Below, piece after piece: positions 62,069 to 64,000 of a stretch of DNA of 64,000 nt; within the stretch, counting starts at the first letter, position 1; each line of letters starts with the position of its first letter. The stretch is from Camelus ferus. Lineage: Eukaryota. The notes below the pieces were generated by a model. The model was not told the DNA's origin, searched no databases, and saw only the letters and a program-made list of their open reading frames with translations. The position numbers were made by a program, and so were the translations under genes. The stretch covers positions 29,760,001-29,824,000 of the forward strand of contig NC_045704.1 in assembly GCF_009834535.1 (NCBI RefSeq). The letters are read 5' to 3'.

Positions 62069-63524
62069 CCATGGCTTTAGTATCTGTTCATGAACAGACC
62101 CACAGTCTGCACCAGAACTGGGGAACTCTTTTGCTATTAAAAGTCACTGACTCGCACTCCTGAAATCAATTGGAAGCCCAAGGAAGTAAAAAGCAATTTA
62201 ATGTAGCCAGCTTATTTGCTTCTAGAAATGGGGACATTCTCCTTGTTAGCTTATTGAAATTAAGAGCAGGGAAAATAACAATCTATTAACTACACATAAT
62301 AAATGACACAAAATATGCTTCAGTTTTATTTTAGAATGGAAGGGAGTGAGAGTGACAGAGATAGATAGGCAAAGATACAGATAGAGATGCACTTGAAATA
62401 AGCAAAGGACCACAGAGATAAGTGTGGAAGTAGTGACACAATGATTTATTGAATGCATATGAAGGACTGATCATCTTACTAATATGCCCCATAGCCCAGG
62501 AGTGGGGAATCACATCCCCTTTATACAGATTAGGACAACAAGGTTTGGGAAGGTTAAGATATCTACTCAAAATAAAGTAAGTGGATGGGCTGTGGTCGAC
62601 CCCAGGCAGCTTATCTCCAAGGCCTTTGCTCTGTACCATGTCTGGACTGCTTGTTTGTTTCGAATGTTGCTGTCCAAGGGATTATGTATGTATGCGTATG
62701 AGTGTGCAGGATAATTTTTAAAAAGTCATCTATATATGTTTTTGGTTTTGTTTTGAATGGTTAATATAGTCCGATGCCACAACCATCAGAACAGTGTAAC
62801 GAGATTAAAATGAACAATGTGTGCTTTGTTCCTCTGGGGCGCCTGCGGCACCCCCCCCCCCCCTTTGCCACGCTTTTCTCCAGGACTTTGCCACTGAAGT
62901 CCTGGAGGCCTTCCTGCTCTCCTCTGCCCACTGGGATGCTGTGGTCCATCACACCAGATCCCTGGTGGGAAGGGAAGTGGGTCCCTCTCACACTTCTCTG
63001 GCCAGGACAGAGTTCCTCGAGAGGGGTGGTGGGGAGAAGGGATGGGTGTGTCTCTAACACCTTTATAATACTTGTTACTCTCTCCTTTACAACTAAGAAA
63101 CAGATCTCAGGTGCACTGCTTTCAGTCCCCAACGCTGAACTGGGATTTAACAACTCTGGAGTGTTTAAAACTGCGTCTTTACGACTATCTTCTTTGCGGT
63201 GGCAATGTTGGTTTTTCCATATAATTAGTGAGACAAGGTTATCTTTTGGAACAAATTTATTTCAAAACAAGACAGTTTAAAAGAAGAACATTAAGTAAAC
63301 TGTCATACAGGTAGTACAAGGAAATGCCAAAATTGTGAGTTTGGGCTGCAATAGTGGAAGCTTGGGAGTTTAGAGCCAAGTTCAAAGGACATCTTGTTCA
63401 CGTGGCTTACTTGATCCTGTTCCCTCCAACATTAGCCACCCCCCGCCCCGTACCTTAAGAGATTTCAGCTCACACTGAGTGTTCTCATTGGCTCTGCCTC
63501 CTTCAGCCCAAGTCTGAGTCTTTT

Positions 63525-63700
63525 TATCCCAATTAAGAAAATGCTGAGTTCTTTCAATCCTTACTCAAATGACATGGTTTTGGATTCCTTTCCATTTTAA
63601 TCACCCTCTTCCAGATGATCATCTTGTCAATGTTCTTCTGAAATCTGATACTTCAATGTAGCTCCTGAGGTCCCCTCTTTTGATGTTACCCAAGACTGTG
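63525..63700 (-). mobile_element. L3/CR1 LINE relic
   Basis: The reverse strand ttcagaagaacattgacaagatgatcatctggaagagggtgattaaaatggaaaggaatccaaaaccatgtcatttgag resembles the L3 3' region. Confidence 0.6.
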
Positions 63701-63739
63701 TGTGTGCTAGACACAAGCTTTTCCCCTCAGTCAAAGTGG

Positions 63740-64000
63740 GGTCATGTTATGGGAACCATTTTGTAGCCTGCTCTTTTCTGTTTACTCACACATCACAAGC
63801 ATCTTTTCAAAGCCATAAATATACATCTGCTAAATCATTGTTAATGGCTGCATAAAAGCTTAGTGAATGGATGTACCATAATTTACTTAAACAGGCCTTT
63901 AGTTTTCTTCCCAAATCTTCCCAACTACTAACCACATTATAATGAACTCAAGCCAGAGTTTTTGACAAACCATTGTCATTATGTCCTGAAAGGGTTTCCC
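63740..64000 (-). mobile_element. Old L1ME-like 3' fragment
   Basis: ttaatggctgcataaaag...gaatggatgtaccataatttacttaa. Confidence 0.6.

Noticed and set aside
62761-63280. Overlapping 130-168 aa ORFs and a possible minus-strand terminal exon (cccaccAG/GGATCTGGTGTGA)
   Set aside because: No recognisable protein, and no upstream coding exons were found between here and the window end.
1-64000. CRISPR arrays, rRNA, snRNA/snoRNA or prokaryotic systems
   Set aside because: The sequence is mammalian. I saw no repeat-spacer arrays or recognisable structural RNA genes.

Overview
This window is mammalian genomic DNA, most likely camelid, inferred from five copies of a tRNA-derived SINE resembling camelid Vic-1. 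It is a draft assembly with three N gaps. The region is gene-poor and repeat-rich: MIR, L2, L3/CR1, MaLR/ERVL LTRs, hAT MITEs, old and lineage-specific L1 pieces, and two ERV-type solo LTRs. I recognise no multi-exon protein-coding gene. The standout is an intronless 208-codon ORF (14073-14699, +) that is a highly diverged cTAGE5/MIA2-family retrocopy. It keeps the membrane anchor and first coiled coil, lacks the middle of the protein through an in-frame deletion, and stops at the start of the proline-rich domain. Its frame is open despite heavy divergence. It has a CCAAT/CRE-like/RFX-like motif cluster upstream and tandem AATAAA signals downstream. Other observations are a scrambled L1 (5'UTR-ORF1 joined to inverted ORF2), a strong minus-strand bias of young insertions, nested insertions with TSDs, a perfect 24-bp palindrome, a strong CTCF motif and several enhancer-like unique blocks. 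All family names come from recalled consensus sequences, not database searches. Repeat boundaries are approximate unless TSDs are given.
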